Assembly: GCA_039679675.1 (NCBI GenBank)
Contig: JBDKUN010000029.1
Location: 1-64,000 of the forward strand
Source: Armatimonadota bacterium
Lineage (GTDB): Bacteria; Armatimonadota; UBA5829; DTLH01
Reading direction: 5' to 3'
DNA: 64,000 nt
The position numbers were made by a program, and so were the translations under genes. The notes below the pieces were generated by a model, which worked only from the letters and a program-made list of their open reading frames with translations, had not been told where the DNA came from and ran no database searches. The first letter of the stretch is position 1. Each line of letters starts with the position of its first letter. Below, piece by piece: positions 29,288 to 39,888 of this stretch.

Positions 29288-30859
29288 CTACAACTCGATT
29301 TTTCGTCCCACAAGCAGGCCAGTTGTCTGTGTGACACTTGCAGGGCGGGCCCGTTCCCGTGCCCAGTCACGGATCTTTTCGATCTCCTCTTTCATTGTCC
29401 TGGAAAGCGGAACTGTCTCCTGCACGCTTGCAAGTAACCCATCGGTAGTAAGATCAGAGCTTTTATCGAAGACATCGAATAGTGCTGCTGTTACTGATTC
29501 TTCGATTTCTGCGCCGCTGAAGCCATCAGTTGCATCTGCCAGTTTCTTGAGATCAAATGTCTCTGGGTTTCTTCTTCTCTTCGCGATGTGGATACGAAAT
29601 ATCTCTGCCCGGTCGTCCCTGTCCGGAAGGTCGACAAAAAAGATCTCATCAAACCTTCCTTTGCGCAGGAGTTCCGGCGGAAGCTGAGATATGTTATTTG
29701 CTGTCGCAATAACGAATACGGGAGAAGTCTTCTCCTGAAGCCAGGTGATGAATGTCCCGAATACACGCGAGGTAGTTCCTGCGTCTGAGAAGCTGGAACT
29801 CTGTGTACCTGCAAAAGCCTTTTCGATTTCGTCCACCCACAGGATTGCCGGAGCGACCGATTCAGCTATCTTCACCGCCTGCCTTACGTTTTCTTCGGAA
29901 GAACCAACGAGACTGGAAAATACTTTTCCTAAATCCAGACGTAAAAGAGGCACTCTCCACATGGAAGCCAGAGCCTTTGCGCAAAGACTCTTTCCGCAGC
30001 CCTGAACACCTATCAGGAGCGCTCCCTTGGGATTAGGAAGCCCGAATGCCCGCGCATCAGCCGAAAAGGCCGATCTTCTTTTACGCAGCCAGTCTTTCAG
30101 TTCATCCATCCCGCCGACATTACCGAATTCCTCAGTTGCTCTGTAATACTCGAGCATTCCTGACTTGCGAATGATCTGTTCCTTTTCGGACAGAATAATA
30201 GGAACATCCTTTTCGGATAGACCTCCGGTTTTGACAAGGGTCTTTGCAAAGACATTTTCTGCTTCATTGATCGTCAGGCCCATCGCGGCATTGACGAGCA
30301 CTTCTTTTGTCGTGTCTTTCAGCTCAATATTTAGTCCGGCGCTCTTATTGACTTCAGTTACCGTGCGGTCAAGGAGTTCTGTAACCTCATCATGGCTTGG
30401 CAGCCCATAATCCACCACACTGATCTCTTTTTCGAGCTCAAGCGGCAGCTTAAGAGTGGGAGATATTAGTATAAGGGTTTTATAGCTGTTTTTCAGGTAA
30501 AGAGCGACCTCACGCACCTTGCGGACAACAGATGGATCGTTGAGATATGGATGAAAATCCTTAAAAATGAAGACCGCGGGATCAACGAGTTCCAGGACTT
30601 GATTTAAGGCAACCAAAGGATCACGAGTCTTATCATCTACGTTGTGTTGGGACTGAGGCGATGTCCCGTAAGGCACGATTCCCCGGCATATGGACCACGT
30701 AAACACCTTTTTCTCACGTTTCGCCGCAATTTCCGCAATTGCCTCTTCCACGCGCATCTCTTCCCAAGTAACAACATATATAACCGGGTATCTGGCTCGG
30801 ATAAGTACTTCTATTTCGTCTTTAACCTTGTTCGAATGTTGACTGGATGGTTCCGTCAC
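29288..30859 (-). CDS. Ycf46-like AAA+ ATPase (degenerate N-terminal AAA plus active AAA)
   Basis: [36 protein letters not shown]-terminal [20 protein letters not shown] 30859 with GGAGG SD. Confidence 0.92.
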   Translation of the reverse strand: MTEPSSQHSNKVKDEIEVLIRARYPVIYVVTWEEMRVEEAIAEIAAKREKKVFTWSICRGIVPYGTSPQSQHNVDDKTRDPLVALNQVLELVDPAVFIFKDFHPYLNDPSVVRKVREVALYLKNSYKTLILISPTLKLPLELEKEISVVDYGLPSHDEVTELLDRTVTEVNKSAGLNIELKDTTKEVLVNAAMGLTINEAENVFAKTLVKTGGLSEKDVPIILSEKEQIIRKSGMLEYYRATEEFGNVGGMDELKDWLRKRRSAFSADARAFGLPNPKGALLIGVQGCGKSLCAKALASMWRVPLLRLDLGKVFSSLVGSSEENVRQAVKIAESVAPAILWVDEIEKAFAGTQSSSFSDAGTTSRVFGTFITWLQEKTSPVFVIATANNISQLPPELLRKGRFDEIFFVDLPDRDDRAEIFRIHIAKRRRNPETFDLKKLADATDGFSGAEIEESVTAALFDVFDKSSDLTTDGLLASVQETVPLSRTMKEEIEKIRDWARERARPASVTQTTGLLVGRKIEL

Positions 30860-30863
30860 TTCC

Positions 30864-32006
30864 TTACCTCCCACTTTCGAGTGACTGCACAACCTTCAGC
30901 AGATCGCTGTGCAGATGCATTATTGCGACACGACCGTCAGGCCGTATGATAACAGTTGTAGATATTTCTCCAGTGCCGGTTGGTAACATCTGGCGTTCCA
31001 GCCCGAGCGGCGTATTCCACTCGCAAGTATTTAATCCTAGTGATGAAACGATACTGCGGGCTTCGTTAATCTCTTCCTGTGTAAGCGAACAGCATAATGC
31101 CGCGTCATCCAATGCCCGGTAAAATGGCGTATATTGAAACATCAGGTTGAAAGGCACACCGGGAAGATTTTTCGACATCCAGTTCGCAATCGGCCGCAGG
31201 CAACACTCCACATGACCCGGCAGAACCAGATGTCTGATAATAAGGTCACTGCTGACAGCGGCAGCTTTGAAGTTTCGCGATGCAGTCTCAAAATAATCTT
31301 CGACTCCACCTATTTCCAGTGCGCATTGTTTATTGCCGAATTTGAAATCACCCAAATATAGATCGATAACTCCGTCCAGCAGCCGCATCGTCTCTTCAGA
31401 CATATAAAAGTTCGAGTTCCACAAAATTGGAATAGAAGATTTCAGCAGCTTTAGAGACTGCAGTATATTCGGCAAATGGACAGTCGGTTCACCACCTATC
31501 AGGTTGAGATTTACTGCTCCTTCAGCCTTGCGACTCTCGATTATTTTTGCAAAGTCTGCTGGATCAAGGAACTTGCCATAGGATGTATTCTCAAGCGACT
31601 GCCAGGAATAGCAGAATTTGCACCGCATGTTGCATCCAGAGAGAAACACCTCATGCGATGGGATCAGCGGAGCTTCTTCCCCATACAGAATTTGATCAAA
31701 GAAACAGTAACTGTCTGAACCTGTCCCGCAATAGCCGTGCTCGCCTGCCGTTCGATCAACTCCGCATTGCCTCTGGCAAAGCGAACAACTCCTTAGGAGC
31801 CGGCGGGAAAGCTCGATCTTTACATCAAGCAGTGAGTAGTTTCCTTCTATATCCGTTTTGGGATCGTTATGAACAGCCCAAAGATCGCCTATAGATGCTG
31901 CATCCAGATCAGGTATCCTTACATGCTTTTCTCTTGCATTTACATAGCAGGAGAGCTTTTTACCGCATGCTGCCTGCCTATAGCTGTCCAATAGCTGCTG
32001 AACCAA
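30864..32006 (-). CDS. PflX-like radical SAM protein with C-terminal extension
   Basis: [42 protein letters not shown]. Confidence 0.9.
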   Translation of the reverse strand: MVQQLLDSYRQAACGKKLSCYVNAREKHVRIPDLDAASIGDLWAVHNDPKTDIEGNYSLLDVKIELSRRLLRSCSLCQRQCGVDRTAGEHGYCGTGSDSYCFFDQILYGEEAPLIPSHEVFLSGCNMRCKFCYSWQSLENTSYGKFLDPADFAKIIESRKAEGAVNLNLIGGEPTVHLPNILQSLKLLKSSIPILWNSNFYMSEETMRLLDGVIDLYLGDFKFGNKQCALEIGGVEDYFETASRNFKAAAVSSDLIIRHLVLPGHVECCLRPIANWMSKNLPGVPFNLMFQYTPFYRALDDAALCCSLTQEEINEARSIVSSLGLNTCEWNTPLGLERQMLPTGTGEISTTVIIRPDGRVAIMHLHSDLLKVVQSLESGR

Positions 32007-33066
32007 CTGAAATATCTCCGGTATTTGACCGCAATTCCTGCGGAAACTTCATTCTTGTGCTTGCAGAATCGTAAGTTATTATCCCCTGTTGATAAAGATT
32101 CATGAGGCTCATATCCATAGTCTGCATAGATAAATTCTGTCCGGTGAGAATTACGTTATACAGGGTCTGGTTCTTGTTTTCTCGTATGATATTCCTGACT
32201 GCCGGACACGCTACAAGTATTTCAGTAGCAAGCACTCGCCCCGGTTTATCTATCCTGGGCAATAATTGCTGGGAAATAACGGCTTCCAGAGTGTTTGCGA
32301 GCTGAAGCCTTATCTGTGCCTGCTGGCCAGTTGGAAATACGTCTATTATCCGGTCAATTGTCTGTGATGCATCACAAGTATGCAGCGTGCTTATAACAAG
32401 GTGGCCCGTTTCTGCGGCTGTGAGCGCAGTTGAAATTGTTTCGAGGTCCCTCATCTCTCCGACCGCGATAACGTCCGGGTCCTGTCGCAAAATATGTACG
32501 AGTGCTTTACCAAATGATTTAGTATCCGAATGCACTTCCTGCTGCACAATTATGCTTCGCTTGTTCGGATGTACATATTCAATAGGGTCTTCCACCATTA
32601 TTATTTTGCATCTACGGTCACGGTTAATGAGATCGATTATGGAGTTAAGCGTAGTTGTTTTGCCGGAACCGGTCGGGCCGGTGATAAGAATAAGCCCGGA
32701 TGGTTTTCTGGTGAGCTCTGTGACTACCTGCGGCAGCCCAAGCTCTTCAAGAGACTGCATTTCCACTATTCCAACACGGATTGCTGCGCCAAGAGTGCCT
32801 TGCTCATAATATACACTGATTCTGAAGTAGCCCAGATCCTGAATCTTCAAGGAATAACAAAGCTCCCATTCTTCCGACAATAAGCTCTTTTTCTCTTGCG
32901 GCAAGTTTTCCAGAATGAGCTTTTCCATGTCCGCCTGAGTAAGCGGGTTCGAGTTTGCGATTATTATCTCCCCATTGATTCTGAGTACCGGCGGCACCCC
33001 AACCATCAGGTGCAGGTCAGATGCACGTTTGCTGACTGCTACCTTCAGAAGATCAGTTAACTCCAT
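31978..33066 (-). CDS. pilT: PilT/PilU-family ATPase
   Basis: ASDLHL, GPTGSGKTTT, VEDPIEY, LRQDPDVI.VGEMRD, AAETGHLV.STLH, AVRNIIRE. Confidence 0.92.
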   Translation of the reverse strand: MELTDLLKVAVSKRASDLHLMVGVPPVLRINGEIIIANSNPLTQADMEKLILENLPQEKKSLLSEEWELCYSLKIQDLGYFRISVYYEQGTLGAAIRVGIVEMQSLEELGLPQVVTELTRKPSGLILITGPTGSGKTTTLNSIIDLINRDRRCKIIMVEDPIEYVHPNKRSIIVQQEVHSDTKSFGKALVHILRQDPDVIAVGEMRDLETISTALTAAETGHLVISTLHTCDASQTIDRIIDVFPTGQQAQIRLQLANTLEAVISQQLLPRIDKPGRVLATEILVACPAVRNIIRENKNQTLYNVILTGQNLSMQTMDMSLMNLYQQGIITYDSASTRMKFPQELRSNTGDISVGSAAIGQL

Positions 33067-33137
33067 ATATTCTACTCCTATAGATTTTCGACTGATTAAT
33101 TAATGGCCTATCATATATTGCCTATTGTCGAAAATCC

Positions 33138-34256
33138 TCAGTAATTGAGATGACCAACTCGAATAAGTTTGCGGTGAGATGGAGGCCAGGCAATTGCAAC
33201 TACTCTCCCCCTTATATTCTCACTTTTCACGTAGCCCATTCCTGATACACTAGTCAAACCGTTGCGCCCTATCCTGACTCTTATGGTCTGCGTTACCAGA
33301 ATCTCGTCATTTGGTATGATCTTGTCACTATAATACTGCACTGAGTTTGGGTCCGCAGGGTAGCGCTGATCAAATCCGGGTGTTTGTACCGGCTTTTCGT
33401 TTATGCATACTGTGCCATCATTCAAGATCTGAACACGATCACCGGGCAAACCCGTAACTACTCCGATTCCGGGCAGGTTTGACACCATACGCCCGACTAT
33501 AACATCACTTCTTTTGAGATCACCATTCCATAGAATAACACTGTCGCCACTCGTTACTGCATTCGTCAGTGGCTGTGCCAATACATTAGCCTGGGATATT
33601 GGAAATACTGGAATATACGAAATCATCATGTAACTGGTGCATATGAATGATATTACGATAAGCGTAATACCGATTCGAGAGAACCTGCGGGATGCCGTAT
33701 CACGTGACGACTGTGCAATAGAATCTGCAGCCACAGAAATAGAGATAATGGATGCAGCTGCGATCCCCAAAACCAGAATATCCGCTATAAATGTCTTGTA
33801 TAAGGCAAGAGCAATGAGAAGAGCTGCAATTGATCCGCCGAAACAGTAAAGGCCTGTCAGCCTATTTCGCCTGCAAAAGATATAGCCGAAGCCCGGAATG
33901 ATGGAAATCATTAACAACCAAAGATTACGCAGTGTGACCCACGACCATGCGATCTTCATATTGTTCCAGGCCATACGCAGGTCACTCCAAAATGTACGCA
34001 ATGATGACCGTTCGCTGCTGCGTATGATCTCAATGTTCGAGGATATATCTTTATTCGCATTGCGCGCCTTTTCTTTTGCCACAGACGACATTTGCCTGTT
34101 CTCAAGCATCCATCTTATTCGCTGGCCGATAGTTCTATTCTTTGCACGCGGAGGAATTACGCTCTCTCGCTGTGCAGCAACTGTAAGTTGAGTGGAGCAT
34201 ACGGCGCACACCTGCCTGCCAGGCATATTCTCAAAGCCACAGCGTGGGCATTGCAT
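33138..34256 (-). CDS. Zn-ribbon + multi-TM + degenerate S26 signal-peptidase-like domain protein
   Basis: CPRCGFEN...CAVC; about 4 TMs; GLPGDRVQI...INEKPV...NIRGRVVAIAWPP. Confidence 0.75.
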   Translation of the reverse strand: MQCPRCGFENMPGRQVCAVCSTQLTVAAQRESVIPPRAKNRTIGQRIRWMLENRQMSSVAKEKARNANKDISSNIEIIRSSERSSLRTFWSDLRMAWNNMKIAWSWVTLRNLWLLMISIIPGFGYIFCRRNRLTGLYCFGGSIAALLIALALYKTFIADILVLGIAAASIISISVAADSIAQSSRDTASRRFSRIGITLIVISFICTSYMMISYIPVFPISQANVLAQPLTNAVTSGDSVILWNGDLKRSDVIVGRMVSNLPGIGVVTGLPGDRVQILNDGTVCINEKPVQTPGFDQRYPADPNSVQYYSDKIIPNDEILVTQTIRVRIGRNGLTSVSGMGYVKSENIRGRVVAIAWPPSHRKLIRVGHLNY

Positions 34257-34292
34257 ATTTCATCCTCTTGTGATCAACAATCTGAAATGTTG

Positions 34293-34505
34293 CTACTTTG
34301 AGAACCTTGAGCGGATGGAATCAACCATACTTACTGTAGATTCGGGTTCGTAAAACTCGCCTGTAGGCTTTTGATCCGATACCTTGCCTATTGCACTGAA
34401 TACCTGCACATAGTCAAGGCACTTCTTACCTTTTGCGCCCTTTACAACAACTTCTACTTTACCGCTCGGACTTATTGATATCTCTAGCTCGTGTTTTGCT
34501 GCCAT
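34293..34505 (-). CDS. DUF2997-like small protein
   Basis: EISISPSGKVEVVVKGAKGKKC...PTGEFY. Confidence 0.8.
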   Translation of the reverse strand: MAAKHELEISISPSGKVEVVVKGAKGKKCLDYVQVFSAIGKVSDQKPTGEFYEPESTVSMVDSIRSRFSK

Positions 34506-34528
34506 TATAACCCCTTCGCTGCAGGTTT

Positions 34529-35311
34529 CTATTTTCGTTTGAATAACCGTCTGATTGCGTATCCCATCCGGGAAAACAGACCTTTGTTTTCTATTTTGTA
34601 TAGATCATCCAGAGCCTTCTTGTAACTTGAACTGACCATAAGCGCCCGCTTGTATGCAGTGGCTGCTTCATCAATTTCGCCTAACGATTCAGCGCATTTA
34701 CCCAGCCAGTACCAGCATGCGGCTCTATCTGAATCCAACTTTACTGCCTGTTTGAAATAATCATAGGCATTAGTAAAGCTTTTTCTGACTCTGAAAGCAT
34801 GGCCTATCGCTGCCCTTATTGACCAATCGTTTGGAGCGAGCTCTATCGCCTTTGCAAAACAGGCTTTTGCGTTATTATAGTTTTTTGAGAGCAGCACTTC
34901 TCCTCTTGCAATCCAACAATAAGTATTGACTCCTGCTTCGCTGAATGCCCCGTCAGAATAACCCATTGCTGATTCGGTGTGGCCCATTCTGCACTCTGCT
35001 ACGGCCCTTGCTGCAAGTAATTGAGCTGATTTTGGAAATTTTTCCAACGCCCGATTGGACCATACCACCGCTTCCTGAAGCTCCCACAGTTCAATCAAAC
35101 AGCGAAGCTGTCCAAGCCAGCATTCCTCAAGACTGATGTTATACTGCAGAGCTCTTGAGTAATAAGCGAGCGCACGTTCATAATCCTCGTTTATGAACGC
35201 TTCATCAGCCTGTTCTTTATAGTAATTTTCGTCTCTGGTTCCGGAATTCGGATCTGGTGTCTCTAACTCCGGGCTCCAGTTGCTCATCTCAAGATGGTCA
35301 AATCTTCCCAA
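34529..35311 (-). CDS. Tetratricopeptide-repeat protein
   Basis: About 6 TPR-like repeats (A..YY.RAL, AKACFAKAIELAP, CWYWLGKCAE.LG). Confidence 0.88.
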   Translation of the reverse strand: MGRFDHLEMSNWSPELETPDPNSGTRDENYYKEQADEAFINEDYERALAYYSRALQYNISLEECWLGQLRCLIELWELQEAVVWSNRALEKFPKSAQLLAARAVAECRMGHTESAMGYSDGAFSEAGVNTYCWIARGEVLLSKNYNNAKACFAKAIELAPNDWSIRAAIGHAFRVRKSFTNAYDYFKQAVKLDSDRAACWYWLGKCAESLGEIDEAATAYKRALMVSSSYKKALDDLYKIENKGLFSRMGYAIRRLFKRK

Positions 35312-35335
35312 CGCTATTACCTATTTATGTTGGCC

Positions 35336-35827
35336 CTACACATATTTTGATACATGTATTCTTATTGTCTGGTCATTAGCTACTTCTTCGCTTGTAACGC
35401 TAAAACCTTTCTGTTTGAGCTCGGATAAAACTCTATTATATGTATATTGTTGAGTAACCCTGCCGATCAATTCCTGGCCTATCGTTTCGAGCTCATTATC
35501 AGTTTTATTATCTCCCGAAATGTGCACCGATACTCGTCCATCAGCCGCGCGATAGAATGTAGCTCTCACATCATCCTTCTGAATCGTGAATTGGCTCTCT
35601 CTTGACATTGTGTCGGCTATTATCTGGCTGTCTTTCAGAGGCATATCAACGGTGTTATGAATATCGAGCTTTGTCTTCTGGCCGGTATTCTGTGTCTCAA
35701 GATCAGCTTCCTGCCCGGATTTTACGAGACTATAACCTAGTGACCCGGATGCAGCAGCAATGGCGCCGCAGAGAATAGGCCATGCCGCAACTACAGCAGG
35801 TGCTACTACATAAAAAACAACAGACAT
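35336..35827 (-). CDS. DUF1257/Ycf35-like protein with hydrophobic N-terminus
   Basis: C-terminal VTQQYTYNRVLSELKQKGFSVTSEE...TIRIHV; ATG 35827 with GGAGGTG SD. Confidence 0.7.
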   Translation of the reverse strand: MSVVFYVVAPAVVAAWPILCGAIAAASGSLGYSLVKSGQEADLETQNTGQKTKLDIHNTVDMPLKDSQIIADTMSRESQFTIQKDDVRATFYRAADGRVSVHISGDNKTDNELETIGQELIGRVTQQYTYNRVLSELKQKGFSVTSEEVANDQTIRIHVSKYV

Positions 35828-36070
35828 GCTTTCACCTCCCGATTTTGCCATGTATTTTACATGACTTAATATTCAGAAGATTCTAACTGCTTTACTGTTC
35901 CATTGTATAGGTAATTTTTGCATAATTTACATTATATCTGTGGGAATACTACATTTTCGCTCCAATATATTCATTCTATTGTGATGATGAATTTCCTCGC
36001 ATTATATCATGTGGCAAACAAGCATAGCGCAAGATTGTACAGCTCTCTGATCGCCAAGATGTGAGTATCA

Positions 36071-37330
36071 TTATTTGTTAATAACGTTCCTAACGAAGAA
36101 ATAAACTATGCCAAAAGCTATCACTATCAGGCCAAGCAATATAATATGCAGTGAAAGAAAGAACGCAAGGGCGAAACAAGACGCAAATCCAGCAACATCA
36201 AACACTCGATTATAACGTCTTTCTGTGGATGGCATCCTGAGAGCTGTAATGCAAGTCAAGCCATAATATACGAGCATGCCGAAGCTGGCAACCTTTACTA
36301 TCCCCTGGAAATTTACTGTTGATGCAAGTAGAGCAACAATTATTCCGTTCAGTAGGATCGCTAGATAGGGAGTTCCGTATTTTCTATGCACACGTGAAAG
36401 CCAATCCGGCAGTTCTCTGCTTCTTGCCAAAGCAAAGAACATCCTCGAGACCCCCAGCATATCAGTAAGAAATACAGTGAATATTGCGGTTAGCGCTCCG
36501 ATTGATACTATATAGGGAGCTATTCGCAGATGAGTTTCACTGATTGCGCTAGACAGCGGCGCAGAAGCTCCTGCCAGTCCGCGTACTCCCAAGAGACCGA
36601 GTGCTACAAGCGCTACCGCCAGGTACAGCCCGGTCGCTGTTCCAAGAGCCAGTAGTATTGCTTTTGGAATGGTTCTTTCTGGATCTCGGACCTCTTCTCC
36701 GATTACCGTTATTCTTGAAAACCCAGCATATGCGAAGAATACTATAGAAGCCCCTTCGATCACACCCATTACCCCGTGCGGCATTAGGGGGAAAACCCTG
36801 TTTGCCCGAAAGAAGAACACTCCAACTGCTACGAAGAAAAGAAGCACGGCGACTTTGATGATGACAAGGAAATCAATGATGTTGGCTGAGAGCCTGACAC
36901 CGAAGTAGTTTACTGCAGTTACAATAACTGCAAAGGCAATCGCTGTTGCACGTAACGGAATGCCCGGAACCAGAAAATGCAGATAAGATCCGAATGCAAG
37001 AACTACCGCAGCATCAGCCGATATGGTTGCGAATATGAATATCCACCCGGCTATAAAGCCATACGGACGCCCTATTAAACGAGCTGCATAGAAGCTGGTG
37101 GCTCCAGATACCGGATAGGCTGCGGCAAGCTGCGCAATACTCAATGCTGGAAAGGTTGCAGCTATGGTTCCTATCACAAAAGAGATTATTACCCCACCGC
37201 CGGCCACATTTACAGCCACACTGATGACCACAAAGATGCCAGCACCGATCATCGTCCCTAACCCAATCGATACTGCATCCAACAGATTCAGTATCCTGTT
37301 TAGCCTCTGTGGTGAGGTCTCATTATCCAT
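36071..37330 (-). CDS. APC-family amino acid permease
   Basis: GTMIGAGIF, FFAYAGF, EEVRDPERTIP; about 12 TMs. Confidence 0.92.
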   Translation of the reverse strand: MDNETSPQRLNRILNLLDAVSIGLGTMIGAGIFVVISVAVNVAGGGVIISFVIGTIAATFPALSIAQLAAAYPVSGATSFYAARLIGRPYGFIAGWIFIFATISADAAVVLAFGSYLHFLVPGIPLRATAIAFAVIVTAVNYFGVRLSANIIDFLVIIKVAVLLFFVAVGVFFFRANRVFPLMPHGVMGVIEGASIVFFAYAGFSRITVIGEEVRDPERTIPKAILLALGTATGLYLAVALVALGLLGVRGLAGASAPLSSAISETHLRIAPYIVSIGALTAIFTVFLTDMLGVSRMFFALARSRELPDWLSRVHRKYGTPYLAILLNGIIVALLASTVNFQGIVKVASFGMLVYYGLTCITALRMPSTERRYNRVFDVAGFASCFALAFFLSLHIILLGLIVIAFGIVYFFVRNVINK

Positions 37331-37438
37331 CCATGCATACCTCTTACTTGCACTGAAATTACAATCAACTCGATTCTACCCGCACATTCATATTCACTCT
37401 TGACAACCAGGCAAAAGATAACTAAAGTGATGCATATA

Positions 37439-37460
37439 TAGTATTCCGACCGGAATACTA
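37439..37460. promoter_or_regulatory. Palindromic operator upstream of cysK (candidate Rrf2 site)
   Basis: tagtattcc-gacc-ggaatacta; related site at 38540-38561. Confidence 0.5.
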
Positions 37461-37500
37461 GTAATAATAGCTGCAAGTATATAGAAGGGACAAAAATGCA

Positions 37501-38430
37501 ATGGTAAGAATCGCAAAGAATCTAACGGATTTGATCGGAAATACTCCACTGCTTCAGCTTGGCAAGACGGCTGAGGGAGTTGACGCCAGGATTGTTGTAA
37601 AACTCGAGTCGTTCAACCCCGGCGGAAGTGTCAAAGACCGCATCGGCTATGCGATGATCAAAGACGCTGAAGAAAAAGGCACTCTGAAGCCTGGCTCGGT
37701 GATTATCGAGCCTACCAGCGGAAACACGGGCATTGGGCTTGCATTTGTCGCGGCTGCGAAAGGTTACAGGATCATCCTTACAATGCCCGACACAATGAGC
37801 ATCGAACGGCGTAATCTTCTCGGCGCATATGGAGCCGAACTTGTGCTTACACCGGGGGCCGACGGTATGAAAGGGGCCATAAAGAAGGCAGAAGAGCTGG
37901 CGCGAGAGATACCAAACTCATTTGTGCCGCAGCAGTTCAAAAATCCGGCCAATCCAGAGATTCATCGCAAGACAACTGCAGAAGAAATCTGGAAAGATAC
38001 TGACGGCGAAGTGGATATCGTAATCGGCGGTGTAGGTACCGGCGGAACAATAACCGGCATCGGGGAAGTGCTTAAAGCGCGCAAACCAAGCACTAAAGTA
38101 ATCGCTGTCGAGCCGTTCAGCTCCTCTGTTCTCTCCGGTTGCCAATCTGGCCCTCATAAAATACAAGGAATTGGTGCGGGATTCGTGCCCGATGTTTTTA
38201 ATAGAGACATTATAGATGAAATTTATCAGGTGAAAAATGAGGATGCATTTGCGACTGCTCGGTCCCTTGCCCGCGATGAGGGAGTCCTTGTTGGCATATC
38301 CTCAGGAGCTGCCGCATTCGCAGCTTTACAGATAGGTAAGCGTCCTGAAAACAAAGGCAAGCTGATCGTGGCGATCCTGCCGGATACAGGTGAGAGATAC
38401 TTGAGCACAGCACTTTTCCAGGAGCAGTAA
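37501..38430 (+). CDS. cysK: Cysteine synthase A
   Basis: [39 protein letters not shown]. Confidence 0.96.
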   Translation: MVRIAKNLTDLIGNTPLLQLGKTAEGVDARIVVKLESFNPGGSVKDRIGYAMIKDAEEKGTLKPGSVIIEPTSGNTGIGLAFVAAAKGYRIILTMPDTMSIERRNLLGAYGAELVLTPGADGMKGAIKKAEELAREIPNSFVPQQFKNPANPEIHRKTTAEEIWKDTDGEVDIVIGGVGTGGTITGIGEVLKARKPSTKVIAVEPFSSSVLSGCQSGPHKIQGIGAGFVPDVFNRDIIDEIYQVKNEDAFATARSLARDEGVLVGISSGAAAFAALQIGKRPENKGKLIVAILPDTGERYLSTALFQEQ

Positions 38431-38599
38431 TATACCATGTGTGTGCAGCATGTGAGACCATTATTGTCACAGTGATATTAATATATGAGCAGCATCATCC
38501 TTGACATAGCACCTAAGCATTGGTACACTAATTGAGCTATACTATGTCGACTGAAATAGTAAAGATTGCGCCGTAGGTGCGACCGATGAGGAGAAGTAT

Positions 38600-39742
38600 A
38601 TGAAATTTGAAACACTCGCAATCCATGCCGGTCAGGGTCCGGACCCGGCTTATGGCGCAGTAATGCCACCCATCTATCAGGTCTCGACTTTTGCATTTGA
38701 GGGCTTTAAAAAGATGGGCAAGTTCGATTATTCCCGCTCAGGAAACCCGACCCGCAAGGCTCTGGAAGACTGTCTTGCGGCTCTTGAAGGCGGATCGCGC
38801 GGATTTGTATACGGCACCGGGATGGCTGCCGAAGTCTCGGCTCTGGAACTGGTCTCGTCAGGTGAACATATAATCGTTCACAACGATCTCTACGGCGGCA
38901 CATACCGGCTGATGACCAATGTGGTTACAAGACACGGGGTCGAAGTGGAGTTTGTGAACCTGCGAGACCTCGACGCACTCAGAAATGCTATTCGCCCCAA
39001 TACAAAGCTGATATGGGCAGAATCCCCTACAAACCCGCTGATGAATATACTCGATTTATCGGCTATCGCCGAGATTGCAAAGTCCAAAGGCGTGCTCACA
39101 TTATGCGACAACACGTTTATGTCGCCTTATTTCCAGAACCCGCTCGCGTTCGGGTTCGATATCGTGCTGCACTCGACCACAAAGTATATAAACGGTCACT
39201 CGGATGTCGTAGGCGGCGCAGTAATTGTTAAGGACGATCAGCTTGCCGAACAGTTATATTTCTATCAGAACACTATGGGTACCTGTCAGGCTCCATTTGA
39301 TTGTTTTCTTGTCCTGCGCGGACTAAAGACACTGGCAGTGCGTATGGAAGCGCACTATCGCAATGCATTGGAGCTTGCGCACTGGCTGGAGGCGCATCCT
39401 AAGGTAGAACGTGTCAATCATCCGGGGTTGGAGTCCCATCCTCAGCACGAATTGGCTGCCAGACAATCAAAAGGGTTCGGCGGAACATTTTCTTTTTGTG
39501 TCAAAGGCGGGGAAGATGCCAGCGACAGGCTGCTTTCAAACGTAAAACTATTTACTCTTGCTGAATCACTTGGTGGTGTGGAGTCACTTATCGAGCACCC
39601 CTGGAGTATGACTCACTCGTCAATGCCTGAAGCTGCAAGAGAAGCAGCTGGAATAAAGAGGAACCTGATCAGAGTATCAACAGGGATAGAAAATGTGGAT
39701 GATCTTAAGGCTGATCTTGACCAGGCGCTAAAGTCTGTATAA
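38600..39742 (+). CDS. Cystathionine gamma-lyase/synthase (Cys/Met metabolism PLP enzyme)
   Basis: YSRSGNPT, ESPTNP, HSTTKYINGHSD, AESLGGVESL. Confidence 0.93.
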   Translation: MKFETLAIHAGQGPDPAYGAVMPPIYQVSTFAFEGFKKMGKFDYSRSGNPTRKALEDCLAALEGGSRGFVYGTGMAAEVSALELVSSGEHIIVHNDLYGGTYRLMTNVVTRHGVEVEFVNLRDLDALRNAIRPNTKLIWAESPTNPLMNILDLSAIAEIAKSKGVLTLCDNTFMSPYFQNPLAFGFDIVLHSTTKYINGHSDVVGGAVIVKDDQLAEQLYFYQNTMGTCQAPFDCFLVLRGLKTLAVRMEAHYRNALELAHWLEAHPKVERVNHPGLESHPQHELAARQSKGFGGTFSFCVKGGEDASDRLLSNVKLFTLAESLGGVESLIEHPWSMTHSSMPEAAREAAGIKRNLIRVSTGIENVDDLKADLDQALKSV

Positions 39743-39806
39743 CATCAAAGATAAATATTATACAGAGCCAGAACTATAACTAAGATTTCACTCTTAATGA
39801 GGAATA

Positions 39807-39855
39807 CGTCACCCTGAACAACAGCATGTCACCCTGAATCAAGTTCAGGGTGACG
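39807..39855. repeat. REP-like palindromic element between convergent genes
   Basis: gtcaccctgaa twice (39808, 39828) and inverted ttcagggtgac (39844-39854). Confidence 0.55.
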
Positions 39856-39888
39856 TTGTGGGCATTTGTGGAATCCTGGCTCTGTTTT

